A stretch of DNA of 64,000 nt from Alloascoidea hylecoeti (lineage: Eukaryota). The notes beneath the pieces were generated by a model. That model made no database searches and was not told the DNA's origin. It saw only the letters and a list, made by a program, of their open reading frames with translations. Position numbers and translations under genes: made by a program. Within the stretch, counting starts at the first letter, position 1, and each line of letters opens with the position of its first letter. This document shows, piece by piece, positions 62,001 through 64,000 of this stretch. The stretch covers positions 381,532 through 445,531 of the forward strand of contig BCKZ01000005.1 in NCBI GenBank assembly GCA_001600815.1, read 5' to 3'.

Positions 62001-64000
62001 TTAGGTTTTAGCCAAACCACTAAATGATGAATTGCGGGAAGACACTCGACTCTTCATAATTGGTTGTAATTGATTATTAATTATTGTTGAAGTAGTTGCC
62101 ATTGGGCTATCAGGAACAGCAATAGGTACATATTTGCCACTTAATGAATGATGATGATGGGCATGCCCACTTAATGATTGTCGTCCATATGCATCAATCA
62201 TTAAGGATTTTGTTGAATCTAGTGAATTATTATTATAATTATTATTATTTATCATGAGTTCATTATAATTGTTATCTTCATCAGGATGTGGTATAATATC
62301 TTTTCTTGATATTGGCTTTGGCAATTTTTCCAATGGTGGAACTTCCACTCTTTTAAATAGCAGATCGTTTAAATTTGTATCAATTTTATAGTTTGTTTGT
62401 TGAATAGTATTATTTAGTGCATTGATACGATTAATTGCTTCAGATGAAAATGATTTTATTGATAACGCATTGTTATTAATAGCAGTTTCAAATTGTGGCA
62501 GAACTTTATTTGTTGAATCACTATTAACTTTCAAGTCATTTGATATTCGTTTGTACTCATCAATTATTTCAACGTGTGATGATTTTATAGATAAAATATT
62601 TGTATTATGTTGTTCTTCAGTTATGTTATTTGCTGTCGATGTATAGCCAGCAAGGGCAGTCATTTTACCACCAAGACTTTCAATATTTCTATCAACTTTA
62701 ATTTCTGCTAATGAAACATTTTCTGATGTTTTAGAGTTTATTTTCATGATCGCTTCTTTTGCTTCCATATTAGATACTGCTATAGATTTATCAAATTCAG
62801 TTTTAACAACATCAATATCATCTTTTAGTTTAAGCTGTTTATCAATTAAATCTAAGTTTGTTTTATCAAAATTTGTCATTGAATTATCAAGGTTTGAAAC
62901 CAAGTCCATCATTTTGCTGTCAACTTCATTAAATTTTTTTTCGATTCTATTTGAACGATTGTCATTCATATTATTTATGAGAAGCATAACATCATTTAAA
63001 AGTTTGACTTTCTCCTTTTCAATTACATTTATCTCCTCAAATCTAAGCATATCAAAATCTTCTTTATATTTTAAAGTCAGGTTTATATTATTTTGATTTG
63101 ATTCATTGAGATGATTTTTTAGATATTCAATTTCACTTACTTGTGATGAAATTTGATTACCCAAACTTTTAAAGGTATCAACAAACTTCTTGTTTAGTAT
63201 ATTATAGGATGTTTGTATTTGAGTTTTAATACTGTTTATATCACCTGATAAAAGTTTTGAAAGATTTTGAATATCAAGCTTCAATTCCTTTAATTCATTC
63301 AAATTTTCATTTGTAATATTATCGTGGACTCCAATAATATTTTTAGTCGTAGAAGTCATTTTATTTTTTGAATCATTTATATCTTCAACTAATGTTTGAA
63401 TGTTTTTTGTGAACTTGTTTGTTGTCTGTTCTAATTTATTATATGATGTTAACATTTTATCACTCTGGAAATTTATAAATCTTTCAATATTTTCATGAAT
63501 TTCAGTTGAAAATGTATCTGTTAATTTAAGTAATGAATGGATTCCATTATTTAATGTATTACTTTGATTATTAATTGAGTCTTTTGTTTCTAACAAAATC
63601 TTATTATTATTTGATGATGATTTGTTATGGGTTGATAAGATATTTCTCAACTCGTTTGATTCTTCTTGTAGTTTATGAAGTATATTTTTTAAATGGCTTA
63701 TAAATTTATTTACTTCATGATCTCTTGTTTCATAGGCTTTATTAATTAACGATTCATTTTCAAGTTTTTTAATTATATTTGATAAATTTGTTTCTGTGGT
63801 CATTAATTTCTCATCAGTTTCCATTAAAATCTTCCGTTGTTCTTTTAACTCTTTATCCTTTTCATTAATTGATTTTGCATTTCTTTGGAATTCTTCAGTT
63901 TGTCTTTTAACTAAAATTTCCAAGGCATCTATTCTTAAATTCTTATCATCAATTTCTAACTTTCTTGATTCATTTTCATTGATTATTTCACTGTATGTTT
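62001..64000 (-). CDS. Kinesin-5 (BimC/Kip1/Cin8 family) stalk and tail; motor domain outside window
   Basis: Frame is open to the window edge. TYSEIINENESRKLEIDDKNLRIDALE and LENESLINKAYE resemble the post-motor coiled coil of fungal kinesin-5, followed by a long coiled coil. Confidence 0.72.
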   Translation of the reverse strand, partial: TYSEIINENESRKLEIDDKNLRIDALEILVKRQTEEFQRNAKSINEKDKELKEQRKILMETDEKLMTTETNLSNIIKKLENESLINKAYETRDHEVNKFISHLKNILHKLQEESNELRNILSTHNKSSSNNNKILLETKDSINNQSNTLNNGIHSLLKLTDTFSTEIHENIERFINFQSDKMLTSYNKLEQTTNKFTKNIQTLVEDINDSKNKMTSTTKNIIGVHDNITNENLNELKELKLDIQNLSKLLSGDINSIKTQIQTSYNILNKKFVDTFKSLGNQISSQVSEIEYLKNHLNESNQNNINLTLKYKEDFDMLRFEEINVIEKEKVKLLNDVMLLINNMNDNRSNRIEKKFNEVDSKMMDLVSNLDNSMTNFDKTNLDLIDKQLKLKDDIDVVKTEFDKSIAVSNMEAKEAIMKINSKTSENVSLAEIKVDRNIESLGGKMTALAGYTSTANNITEEQHNTNILSIKSSHVEIIDEYKRISNDLKVNSDSTNKVLPQFETAINNNALSIKSFSSEAINRINALNNTIQQTNYKIDTNLNDLLFKRVEVPPLEKLPKPISRKDIIPHPDEDNNYNELMINNNNYNNNSLDSTKSLMIDAYGRQSLSGHAHHHHSLSGKYVPIAVPDSPMATTSTIINNQLQPIMKSRVSSRNSSFSGLAKT

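Noticed and set aside
62422..63096. Plus-strand ORFs of 74 and 116 aa
   Set aside because: Antisense shadows of the kinesin-5 coiled coil.

Overview
AT-rich nuclear DNA from an intron-rich budding yeast (Saccharomycotina-like; species not identifiable from sequence alone), with one 100-N scaffold gap at 6262-6361. Recognisable genes: INP54-like phosphatase (partial), CDC48 (1 intron), PRP9, a PCL1/2-family cyclin, a diverged eIF3f-like gene, intron-containing tRNA-Leu(CAA), a WBP2-like PY-motif protein, FUN26, VPS51 (2 introns), CDC10 (4 introns), an AAF1/ADF1-like Myb factor, an RNase II-family protein lacking catalytic aspartates, an SDR, a xylose reductase and the 3' part of a kinesin-5. 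There are also several orphan ORFs, including a four-exon gene missed by the ORF track. The long intergenic tracts hold decayed Tc1 and pogo/Fot1 transposases, weaker LINE-like relics, a 96-bp TG..CA element with a 5-bp target duplication inside a second eIF3f pseudogene, and at least five fragments of a decayed F-box-like gene family. Non-coding DNA appears enriched in period-6 chains of overlapping palindromes. I found no complete novel multi-gene system that I can support. Family calls come from remembered motifs, not database searches.
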